A DNA stretch of 64,000 nt, from NCBI GenBank assembly GCA_964016885.1, contig OZ024743.1, positions 52,080,001-52,144,000 of the forward strand. The letters run 5' to 3'. The notes beneath the pieces were generated by a model, which worked only from the letters and a program-made list of their open reading frames with translations, did not search any database and was not told the origin of the DNA. Below are positions 26,673-37,520 of this stretch, piece after piece. This stretch comes from Eledone cirrhosa (lineage: Eukaryota). Both the position numbers and the translations under genes were made by a program. Each line of letters begins with the position of its first letter. Position 1 is the stretch's first letter.

Positions 26673-26923
26673 TTGTAGTTCATGTGAGGCCACTTGCCAA
26701 ATGTTTCCCGTCGTGCAGCTTCACTGTACATAAGAGATCGTTCGACGTTGCCAGAGCCAATCTCTGGTAGACTACTGGGCAGCAGGTAGCTTAACCTGTT
26801 ACTAATGGCAGCAGCGATAGATAGACCAGGGCGGTGTTGGTTCAGCCTCTTCATTTCTGCCACCACATTACTGCATACGGTCTTCAAAGCACAATGAGGG
26901 AGCTGGATGCACACAGTGGCCCA
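26673..26923 (-). CDS. BIRC6: BIRC6 exon WATVCIQLPH...WPHMNY (start of BIR domain)
   Basis: gaatag acceptor, GTAAGT donor; MYSEAARRETFGKWPH. Confidence 0.95.
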
Positions 26924-27849
26924 CTATTCAAGAACAAACCATAGTGATGTTGGAATGGGTAAATGTGTAAATATTGATACAAGTTATTCACAAGTGTTAA
27001 TGAGTTTATGTAGACAAATAATTGTCTACATAAACTCATTAACACTTGTGAATATGCTATCAGAACTAATTAGTACAGGCTGTAAAGTGGTTGGTGCTAG
27101 GCAGGGCATCCAGCCATAGAAAGCTTGCCCAGATTGGGAGGGCCCTCCAGTTATGTCACATATGACAGCTTCTCTGGTGCTAGTGCCACAATAAAAGGCA
27201 TTTGGTAGAATTCAGAACCATATGTAAGCGAAATGTGAACCCCCAGCATAATTGAGAGGTCTGTGGCCCCACTTCAGTACAGATTCGGTCTGTGAAGACC
27301 TGTCCAATCCTTGCTAGCAGGGAAAGTGGATGTCAAATGATAATGTGATTATACACACACACACACACACACACATATATAATGTCATGTGTATCTCAGA
27401 TTTTAGAATAGATACACCGTATCCCTACATTACACAAGAAGCGATTAAAAGGGTTGGCATCAGAAAGAGGATCCATCAATAAAATATTGTCTTAAAACAT
27501 CCCATCCAATCCTTGCCCCCATTGAAAAGTAAAAACAATGATGATAATATAAATATATTCAGGGGTACTAAAGGACTTTTAAATTTATAGTACAAACCCA
27601 GAAGTTAGGATCATTTATAAAACTGCTAAAATTAATAAAAGCAACCTTAACCAACAATTATCATTTTTATGTCAGTTATTTTCTCATATTGGCATGGGCT
27701 GGACAAGACTCTTTAAGGTATTATTTCTAAGGTCAGATGCCCCTCATAATACCAAAGCCAATCTTTGTAAATGTGTGGTATGCGCTGGACAAGACTAAGG
27801 CATTATTTCCAAGGTCAGATGCCCCTCCTAATACCAAAGATAAAAAGAT

Positions 27850-28076
27850 GTGCATTAGCAACAAAGATGAAAATAAATAGATGTTGCACCTTTGCAACAA
27901 CAATGAAAATAAAAAGATGTTGCACCTTTGCAACAACAATGAAAATAAAAAGATGTTGCACCTTAGCAACAACAATGAAAATAAAAAGATGTTGCACCTT
28001 AGCAACAACAATGAAAATAAAAAGATGTTGCACCTTAGCAACAACAATGACAATAAAAAGATGTTGCACCTTAGCA
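27850..28076. repeat. 36-bp tandem repeat (about 6 copies) spanning a BIRC6 splice donor
   Basis: Unit TGTTGCACCTTAGCAACAACAATGAAAATAAAAAGA. Confidence 0.95.
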
Positions 28077-28204
28077 GTTTTGTGGTTAGCCTTAGCAAGT
28101 TCCTGCATGGAGTCAACTGCTCGATCAAGTTCTTTGATTAAATCATCCACATAATCAATACCAGGTAATTCAGCAGCAGCAAGAGATTTTAAAAGCTGAT
28201 TAGC
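28070..28204 (-). CDS. BIRC6: BIRC6 exon ANQLLKSL...ANHKTAK
   Basis: tttcag acceptor; AAG|GTGCAA donor; joins WATV in phase 0, as in homologues (NHKVAKWATV). Confidence 0.88.
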
Positions 28205-30178
28205 CTGAAAAATAAATTAATTTATAAAATTTAAATCAACGATAATGGAAAAAAAATTACTTCTATTATATTTCTAATTAAATACACTGCATTTCAATTA
28301 ATGAAAGAATTTGGAGGGATTTACTAAAATGATTGTTTCATTATTAAGATGGTATTTCTAACAAACGGTTCTTATATAAAACTATTTTGTCAGGCTTTAA
28401 ATAGAAACCATTTAAAACGGGTGCTTTTGTTTAACACTTTTGATACAAACTCACCTAAAACTGCCTTTGGTTCTATAATACTAACCACCCATTTTAATGG
28501 ATTTTTATTTAAATTGAAACGTACCAATAATTTTATATAAGACGATTTGCTATGTCACAAATGCCATCTTTAGAATATAACAAATTAAATTTACAGCTCA
28601 CATTTAAGTAAATTTATCTGGTCTCCAATCAGCTTGCATAAAAAGCAATGTGAAATGAAGTGACATGCTCAAAAACACCGGACCTAGTCCAGTAATTGAA
28701 CATGACCTTATAATTTTGCATCCAATAGCCTAACCATTAGGTCACATGCCATTTTAGTAAATCCCTCCAAATTCTTCAATTAAGTGAAATTCAGTATGTT
28801 CACAAAAGGTAATTTTGTTTATGTTGATATCAATAAGGTTGAAGGTAGTGCCCCAGCATGGCCAGAGTCTAATGACTAAAACCAGTAAAAGAATGAAAGA
28901 CTAAAAGAATGTAAAATCTCGGTAAAAAACCCAAAGTACACAAAATGCTCTTTTCTACATTGAAGTAATTAACCAAGAAACCTTATCTGGATTCCATTAA
29001 TGAAACTTGATAATTGAAAGAGTATAATTGGTATTGTGCCTTGGTTTAGAAATAATGTATAGCAACACTGTCAGACATGAACATCTGTATAATATAATAA
29101 CTGCACAACCTTTTTGTTTGTCTGTTACAAACACTACAATCTGTCAAAAACATTCTTTACCAATGGTGTTATCACCTATATCATTCAATCTATAATTGTG
29201 CATGTGAATCAAAGAAACAAGGTTTACATTGGTCTTTTCATTGATATTATTTGCCAGTTGCAAACCCTGGCAGAAAGGGACCAGAATTGAATGCAGAGAT
29301 ATAGATCAGATATCTGAGACTTAAACAATTCTGCCAATCCACTGTCCCTGGATTGGTACTTTATTGACCCTGAAAGGATAAAAGGTAAAGCTGACCATGG
29401 CAGGATTTGAACTAAGAGTGAGGTAAGCAGGAAAAAATACAGAGGCATTTAATCTGATGTCCTAACAACTCTGCTTATACATGTAATGCATGAACATAAT
29501 TTGGTGAAGAAATTGAATATTACTTATTCTGTCTGTAAAATAACAGCTTATGTACTAGTGTTTTTAATTTCCAGATACGAGAAGAGCCTCCTTTGGTCAT
29601 AACAGATTATGAAGATGCTAGCATGGGTGACGAGTTTTGTGGAAGATCAGCAGTCGCCCATGCATACTAATCTCACCTCTCCACGCTATTGATGTTATTT
29701 AAGGAAAACGCAAAGGCTGATAAAACTTAGTATCAGTGTTGTTGCAGATTTTTTTTTGTCCAGCTAAGTGGACTGGAACAACATGAAATACAGTGCTTTG
29801 CTCAAGTACACAATGCACAGCCCAGCCCAAGATCAAACTCACAACTTTACAATTGTGCCTCTTATTCCAACTGCTGACATGTTAATTTCGCTTGGACAAA
29901 TCTTCTTTGGCCACTTTTAATCTCTCACCTTTCCTCACCACTGGAAATATGAGAGATGCAGGCCCCTAGCACATCTATCAGGTCAGTAGCTCTTGATACC
30001 AAACCTTCTGAAATTGGCCTGGATTTATGATACTAAACTGCTATTTTAAATTGGTCTGTGACAACCCACCCCAATCCTTGCTAGCAGGGAAAACAGATGA
30101 TAAATGATTGAGATGATAATATATATATATATATATATATATTTCTGAAGTGATAAAAATGAAAAGTCAGATACTTAC

Positions 30179-30366
30179 TTCTGCATACAATAATTCTACC
30201 TTGACGAGATCTTCTGTCTTGGATACTGGGGTCTGCAAAGCAGTATCCAATAAGAGAACTCCATTTAGGTCCTTGCGTGCACACACCGATGTCCCTTCGC
30301 AAATAATCATGCGATCTTTTTCTTGTAGATACATACATTTCAGCTTGTTGGATTTCGTGTTTGTTG
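30179..30366 (-). CDS. BIRC6: BIRC6 exon (first coding exon seen), ATNTKSNKLKC...KVELLYAE
   Basis: ttacag acceptor, GTAAGT donor; RKDLNGVLLLDTALQTPVSK motif; begins in phase 1, so an upstream exon is required. Confidence 0.93.
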
Positions 30367-30404
30367 CTGTAAGTAAAAGAAATGAAATGAAATTTACATT
30401 ACAC

Positions 30405-30850
30405 ACCTATGCAAGTTTAGCTGGCCTCCTACAAGGTTGAATGTCATAGGAGAGTGTTTTAATGATTGGAGACTCGGTCCTATCATGTTACAGCTCTCAC
30501 CTAGTCACCTATGAGGTTGTATCCATTAGAGGTCTCTCCAGTATTTTAATGATAAAAGCCCCAGTGCTGTTATAGCTCAAACCTATGTAGGTTGAGCTGG
30601 CCTCCTACAAGGTTGAATCTCATAGGAGAATGATATGGTAGGAGACTCAGTTCTATCATGTTACAGTTCATACCTGGTCGCCTATGCAGTTGTATCCAGT
30701 AGGAGGTTTCTTGCATGCTTTAATTATAGGCGCCTCAGTCCTATTATATTGTTGCTACAGCTTACAACTATGTAGATTTAGCTGGGCCCCTACAAGGTTG
30801 TATGTCATAAGTTTCTTGGGTGTTTTAATGATAGGGGCGTCAGTTCTATC
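30405..30850. repeat. Degenerate tandem repeat of about 180 bp (about 2.5 copies)
   Basis: ACCTATG..G.TT.AGCTGGCCTCCTACAAGGTTG recurs near 30405, 30581 and 30766; reverse-complement copies near 20340, 20435, 22520, 37575 and 38895. Confidence 0.7.
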
Positions 30851-32078
30851 ATGAAATGAAAAACAGCAAAACACAAAATGCAACATTGCAAAATTGCAAC
30901 ATTTTATACAATATTTCAAAAGTGAAAAAAAGTAGGCTAACCCTTTTGCTACCAAACTGTCTGAAATCACCTCAGGTTTTATGATAAAACATTTTTTTTA
31001 AGTGTTTACATTTATCTAAAAATGTATAATTCAGGAGCCTTTTTTAATATATGTTCCAAACACCAACTTAATGAGAAAATTAGTTACATTACTAATTCCC
31101 TCTAAATTATTGATTATTTTCAAAATTATTAGAAATATGATCATGAAAGAGTCAATCTATGATCAAAGTCCAAGGAGTGCAACTGATGTATACCATCCAA
31201 TCTTAATCACTGGGATAATAGTCAAATAGTTGTAGATTGGTTTAACGTCCTCAAACATTAAGAAAGCTAGCCAAAGATGTAGAGTTTATCTCCACCCCAT
31301 TTCTCCCATCTTTTTTATCCCTGTTTTTTTTTTCTCTTTGCCAATTTGATATAAAATTTTAATAAAATTATTTTGATCTATAAAAAATACAATTTTAACT
31401 ATCTCACAATGTCTCATATGAATTAGATTACCCAAATCTAAAATTATTTTTGGTACACATTTAAATTCTTTAGAGGTTTTATTTTGACTTTTGATAGATA
31501 TTGCCAGAGTATATGTAGTATTCTACATGTAGTACAGCTTCTAAATAAGATGAATAAGCAGTGGAGCACCAAAGAATTACAGCACTGGAATGTTAAACAA
31601 GAACATTAGAGTACCAAACTAGAGCACCAAATAACCAGGGTACCATACAACTAGAATATTAAGGTACTAGAGTGCTGAAGTACCAAATAACTTGAATATT
31701 TGTGTAATAGAGTATCAAACGACTAGAACACTGTAGTACCAAACAACCACAGCACCAAAAAGCTATTAGAAGATAATGAGCTTAAATAGATTAATAATAG
31801 ACCATTCTAATTAAGAACCAACCTTCTCCATTCAATGTGTTAATTATTCTAATATTCTCCACTTATTTTCCACTGTAGATTAACAATATACAGATAAAGG
31901 ATTAAGTAATGCTGATTGTTTCAAAAGCTAATTGAAAACATGAATGAAATACAAAAATCACAATTTTTGTAAGTACTTCAAAATTCCTCATTAATTGAAA
32001 TAGAGTGTATTTCATTATATATGTATCATCCTCATTGTTTTTATGTTAGTTTTTCCATGCTTGCATGGGTTATATATA

Positions 32079-33353
32079 CAGGGTGTGGACGATATTTGTT
32101 CGCAATTTTCAACTGCTAATTTTTTATACTTCCGTTGTCACTCTTGTCTTCATAAAACAGTGACTATATTTCCATTATTTATTTTCAGAATAATTGATTA
32201 TGAATAATTTTGAACCTCCAAATTTGTGGAAGAGACACGGAGTTCTTCTTGGAATCCACACCGGGAGGACAAATAAGGAAATTTCAGACTTTCTCAGCGT
32301 CAGCAGGAGAATGGTGGAAAAGGTCAGAAAGGAATTAGAAGATTCAGGATTCGACTAAGAAGCAACATCAGAGAGGAAAACACATGATCGACGATCTGAC
32401 GCCTTCAGAATGCCCAAGTTCGTCGTTGAAGTTCAGGATATCATCAACAATGAACCTAGCAAGTCGATGCGTGCCATTGCAAGGGAGAAAGGCATGGATG
32501 AAAAGCTCATTAGGCTGGTGGTACATGAAGACATTTGCTACATTTCATACAAGATGAGGAAAGGACAATTTCTGTCAAAGGCGATGCAAGAAAAGCGACT
32601 GAAGCACGCAAAGAAGCTGATCAACAAGTTGAAACACCCACTGGAGCCAGACATGCTGTGGTTTTTCTCCGACGAGAAAAACTTCTGCCAAGACCAAAAG
32701 ATCAACTCCCAGATCAACAGGTGGCTCATCCATAGACGTGCCCAGAGTCATGCAGACAAAGTTTCCAGCGACAACATTGGTCTTAGGTGTCGTCAGCAGT
32801 CAAGATGATGCCATGCCACCGCACTTCTTGCTTGAGGGCCTCAAGCTGAACACCGCATTCTGAGCGAGGTAGTAAAGCCCTGGATCGACCAGGTAGCTGC
32901 AGGTAGGCCGTACATGTGGCAGCAAGACTCAGCGCCCTGCCATACCAGCCGAAAGACCCAAGCCTAGCTGTCAGAGAACTTCGTCGACCACACTTCACCT
33001 GACATCTGGCCTCCCAGCTTGCCTGACTGCAACCCCCTCGACTTCTTTGTGTGGGGCGCAGTGGAACGAGACACCAACAGATCTAGCTGCAGTACAAAAG
33101 ACGATCTGAAGGCCAGGATCACAAGTGCCTTTAGGGGCCTAAGTCGGGGGACACTGACGAAGGCCTGTAGCCGGTTCCGAGGCCGCCTTAAGGCCGTCAT
33201 CAAAGCCAATGGCGGGTTTATTGAGTGAGATCGAAAGAACAAGTCATGAAGACAAACTAACCCAAGTTTGATAAATATATCTTAAAAAATAAAACTACTG
33301 TGTTATTTTTTTCCTAGACAGTAATCTTGCGAACAAATATCGTCCGTACCCTG
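32079..33353 (+). mobile_element. Tc1/mariner DNA transposon, DD37D (maT) family, full length, inactivated
   Basis: TA|CAGGGTGTGGACGATATTTGTTCGCAA ... TTGCGAACAAATATCGTCCGTACCCTG|TA (27-bp TIRs, 2 mismatches); motifs FSDEK, QQDSAPCH, PDCNPLD, with 37 residues between the 2nd and 3rd Asp. Confidence 0.95.
32200..33228 (+). pseudogene. DD37D transposase pseudogene
   Basis: ATG at 32200; premature TAA near 32356 and TAG near 32965; frame disruption around 32730-32860. Confidence 0.9.
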
Positions 33354-33355
33354 TA

Positions 33356-34104
33356 TAAGGATGACTTCATTAATAAACCAACTTGCAGGCTCATAAACCC
33401 TGCCAAAACAGAATTAGGACTTGTTAGTAAAAACCTACTTAGGAAAATGAATACAGCCATTAGAAAAACAGTTCAATCTTAATCAGTAGGATAATAGACA
33501 AGTAGTTATAGATTGGTTCAATGTCCTCAAACTAAGAAAGCTAGGTTCACTCAATTTGATATAGTTGATATCCAGGACTTTACTTGAAAAGCCTTGAATT
33601 CGCTAGCAATTTGACCAATATAGATGAGTTAGATCAATTAGTAATATCCCACAGCAGAAAAACCCTCCTCTTTAATAATGACCCCTGGAGAAAGAAATCC
33701 ACTAACAATGACCCATTTGATGTGCCGATGGGATCATTTGACAGTGATGATATATGTGATTTGGCAGACTTTTTTTTATCTTAGATACACTACATTAACA
33801 CATTTAGAAAAAAACTGATTACTACCTTCAACAGCCTAGGCTTAACAATTACTATATCCACCAAACTCAACAATATTAACCTCCTAGACGTTAATTTAGA
33901 CCTATGTACACACACACATACAGCCCATTCCACAAACCCAGTGAGAAACTTAGGTACACTTATAAGGACTCTAGCCACTCTGCTATAGATTTTTAAAATC
34001 TTATTAACATCGTCAACAAGAGGGTATCCAACCTCTCTTCTAGCCATCTTTGATAGTGCATCACCCTTCTACAACGCAGTACTAAGCAACAGTGGCTTCT
34101 CCAA

Positions 34105-34138
<34 letters not shown>

Positions 34139-34820
34139 CTTACCCTCCAGATCACCGCCCTACATCTAGAAAGAAAAAAAAACTAGACAAAGATGTCATG
34201 CGATTCTCACCATCTTTCGCACTTAACACAAAGACCAATGTAGGTAGATCTTCACATCCCTGTAGGCCATTAATACCGACAGATATTCAATTGCTATACA
34301 GTGACAATAGGCTACTAGTGTACCAATAACATTAAAGCCCAAATCACTGGCAAACACGAAAGCCCTCCATCTTATGAATTCTAATACAGAAGGTCAGAGA
34401 CATGCCCACTAGATCAACAGTGCAACACTCCAGCAGTGATATATGAAGCAGAAGTGACCTCCACCAACCAGAATCACCAAACTGAAGCCTGGACTTATGT
34501 CAATGTCTGAGAACCGGTTCAAAAGCCGATACCTGAACCATGACACAACCTTCAGGCATCCTGACAAAAACATGCCATCCAGCTCACAAACCATGTGTGG
34601 AACTTTAAAAACAGCAGCACACCTTTTACCATTAAATGGAGTATATTACAAAAATCTAACCCCTATGTTAATGGGATGAAATTTTGCTGGCTATACAACT
34701 CAAAAGTGGAATATATTCTCACAACTGGCTTCAGAGAAACACTGCTTCAATACCTGCCTTCACTGCTTTAGTCGCTGTCCACACAAAGTCAAATTCATTC
34801 TGAGAAAATGGTATAGACCA
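33356..34820 (+). mobile_element. Decayed Penelope-like retroelement (RT + GIY-YIG endonuclease remnants)
   Basis: NKPTCRLINPAKTELG; FDVPMGSFD..DICDL; CPLDQQCNTPAVIYEAEVT; MSENRFKSRYLNH; many stops and frameshifts. Confidence 0.88.
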
Positions 34821-35089
34821 GACTAACTAATTTGAATTTCAAGGAATTTAATTTCTTTGAATTACTACCTTAGCAGAAGTTCCCTACCTTTGTGGAGTTT
34901 TTTTTATAGTTATCTCCCTTTACACTATCTAAAAGTTTTGTATATAGTTAAATTCTAAATCGTCGTTGAAACAGCAAGAGCTCAGCCACTAGGCCCTGGC
35001 TCTTTATAATATAGCCATACTCTATTATCCCAAATATCAAGTACTCTTTTGAATAATGGTCTAACCAGTTTTAAACTGGTTCTATCCTG

Positions 35090-35126
<37 letters not shown>

Positions 35127-35132
<6 letters not shown>

Positions 35133-35803
35133 AAGTAATTAAGTCAAATATGTAAAATTTGGCTTCGTTTATTAAAGATGTACTGCTATATATATTTCGG
35201 TGACAGCCATCATTGGCTGTGACCTCTTCAGGCAGTCCGAATTGGTGTGGTAGAGACAGGTACACATGTTGTTGAAGTGTTTCACTCCATCAATACTCCG
35301 ATATGTCCAGCTCCTGGCTGGGTTGTTATTTCTCTGAGGAACTGGAATCATATGAATTCGAACAAACGAATTCCGGCATCATAGGACACTCTCTCCTCCC
35401 ATTGGTCAGTTGTGAGAACATTCCTCAGTCAAAAGTCTATAGACATTCTTTTCTGAGGCAAGACAATCTGTTGTGTTTTTTTTTTTTGTTAAGTACAGCT
35501 GACCTCCTCCCTTGTGTTTATTGGTGTTAGGGGGTTAGCTGGCAGGTCAGCCTTAGTTCTACTGCTGCTGTGTTTAGAAGAATGAGTGTGTGTGGGTTGG
35601 CATCAATCCTACCACCCTTTCATGTGGTGGGGGTGCCAAACAGATAATGAAATAAGATAAAGTAAAATGAAGAAATAAAATATAAAAAAAAAATAAATAA
35701 ATAAAAGGTCACAGCCAATGATGGCTGTCACCGAAATATATATAGCAGTACATCTTTAATAAAGGAAGCCAAATTTTAAATATTTGACTTAATTACTTTA
35801 TTT
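35127..35803 (-). mobile_element. Non-coding Penelope pLTR-like cassette with ~95-bp inverted ends
   Basis: 35127-35225 is the reverse complement of 35706-35803; abuts (TA)n; contains a hammerhead; same family as 50755-50950. Confidence 0.7.
35182..35236 (-). ncRNA. Minimal type I hammerhead ribozyme (family A)
   Basis: ACUGC-CUGAAGA-GGUCACAGCC aaugau GGCUGUCACC-GAAA-U AUAU A-UA-GCAGU. Confidence 0.85.
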
Positions 35804-36025
35804 TACATTACTCCGGAGTAACCAAACCAACCTGCGTACTTCGTCGAGTGCTCCAATCTGCATACTGAGGTGTCGGTAAACAACCAACATATACTCAACA
35901 CACACACACACACACACACACATTTATAGTGCAGTGGATTTGCAGATTCGTTAGAACATTGGATAGAATGTGGTACACTGCATTCCGATTTCAAATCATA
36001 TTATAGTCAACTTTACCTTTATGTA

Positions 36026-36140
36026 AAGGTGCATGGCTGAGTGGTTAGTGAATTGGATTCACAACTGTGAGGTTGCGAGTTCAATTCTCAGGTGATGTGT
36101 TCTGTCCTTGAGCAAAAAACTTTATTTCACATTGCTCCTT
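36026..36140 (+). mobile_element. tRNA-derived SINE head (similar copies near 2410, 7955, 8235, 20200, 22415, 38760; minus strand near 29780, 41270)
   Basis: A box TGGCTGAGTGG, B box GAGTTCAATTC, then GTCCTTGAGCAA...TTTCACATTGCTCC. Confidence 0.7.
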
Positions 36141-36438
36141 CAGCCTAGATTTGCAACTGGCAGAGAGTATTAGTAACTAGAAAGACCAATGGAAACATGG
36201 TCTGATTTGATGATCTCCACCCTACTCGTTAAGCGAATGAGGTCTGGGCTAATATCATGATGAAAGACCAACATCTTATATATGTATATTTTTCAGTCTT
36301 AGATCTGCTTTGATTGAGTCAAGTTATGATCAAAAGATGTCCTTGTTTTTAGGCAGCCATCATTATTTTTATCTACATGTTAGTGCCAAGCAAGTACAAC
36401 TCTGAAAAACATGTTATAACATTCGATATATATAATAT

Positions 36439-36656
36439 TTAGTTATGTAATAAACAACATAAGATAATTACCAGTGGTTTCTTGAAAGCAAACAAATTTG
36501 CTTTCAGTCATCAGAATGAAAAAATCCTGGTGTATACACCAGGATTTTTTTTTTTTTTTTTTTTTTTCATTCTGATGACTGAAAGCAAATTTGTTTGCTT
36601 TCAAGAAACCATTGGTAAATGAAATAATTATCTTATGTTGTTTATTACATAACTAA
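36439..36656. repeat. Spacer-less palindrome (about 218 bp) of a hammerhead-bearing unit
   Basis: Centre TCCTGGTGTA|TACACCAGGA at 36534/36535; arms differ by poly-T length, an 8-nt indel and one substitution. Confidence 0.92.
36565..36624 (+). ncRNA. Minimal type I hammerhead ribozyme (family B)
   Basis: UUUCAUU-CUGAUGA-c UGAAAGCAAA uuug UUUGCUUUCA a-GAAA-C CAUUG G-UA-AAUGAAA. Confidence 0.8.
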
Positions 36657-36714
36657 TAAGCTCTGTAACCTACATAGAGCACTCTTTTTTCCTGGACCTT
36701 TCCGACGGAATTAC

Positions 36715-36751
<37 letters not shown>

Positions 36752-37488
36752 GGAAAATCTGTTTGTAGAATCGAGACATCCGAAGACCGCGCAATTTCAG
36801 AGTCAGGTTTGATCACTACATCGATCGTGACTCAAGCTGGTCGCCCGAGAAACAATTGTAATAAATTCCTTTCGTCGCAACATTGATTCTCTTTTTTCTG
36901 TGATATACTCTGCTCTATGAGGGCATCGAGTGCTCATACGGCCTACCGCATACGGACGCTTTAAGCATCCAACACCAATTATATATATATATATGGGATA
37001 ACAAATTATCGTTATAGGTAATCCAGTTAGAGGTTGTGAGTACTCTGTATTATGGATAGTTTTAACGTACAGCGTTGTTTGACTCAACAAGAGGTTTCCT
37101 TAGTTAGGTGGCGAGTTCACGGGAATTCCTATGCAGGTTAATCTTGGAGTAATATTATTGATGTTATTTGAATTCTCCGTAGTATAAATACAAACACCGA
37201 GTGTAATTTTGTCAGTTATGCCGATGATTTGATTAGGCATTCACTGTATTTTACGTTCAGTAACACAACTTCGAGTGATTAGCAACCTTTAGACATCCTA
37301 ATTAATACTGTAAATAAAATAAAACTCTTTTTGTACTGTTGACTATGTTATTCTTCACTCTTTCACTATATATATATATATATAATTTCAACTTTTAGTT
37401 ATATAAATAATTTCCTTCTAGTATCTCCCCACATTGCTTACATCCCACCAATAGCAAGAACTTCCTGTTAGTTACTATAGCTACTACT

Positions 37489-37520
<32 letters not shown>

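Larger units (their letters stand above)
386..30366 (-). other. BIRC6: BIRC6 (Bruce/Apollon) gene, partial: 26 coding exons; 5' exon and 3' half not in window
   Basis: Spliced translation matches recalled BIRC6 motifs (RKDLNGVLLLDTALQTPVSK, MYSEAARRETF, BIR domain, QQEQQQRRHPQHL, WDEHLFELVLP, VERMHSGARRFV). All introns are GT-AG and exon phases are consistent over 7154 nt. Confidence 0.97.

Noticed and set aside
27850-28076. 36-bp repeats resembling a CRISPR array
   Set aside because: Head-to-tail units with no unique spacers, in a eukaryotic intron with no cas genes.
36026-36100. tRNA-like A/B boxes
   Set aside because: Degenerate SINE heads; no complete cloverleaf.
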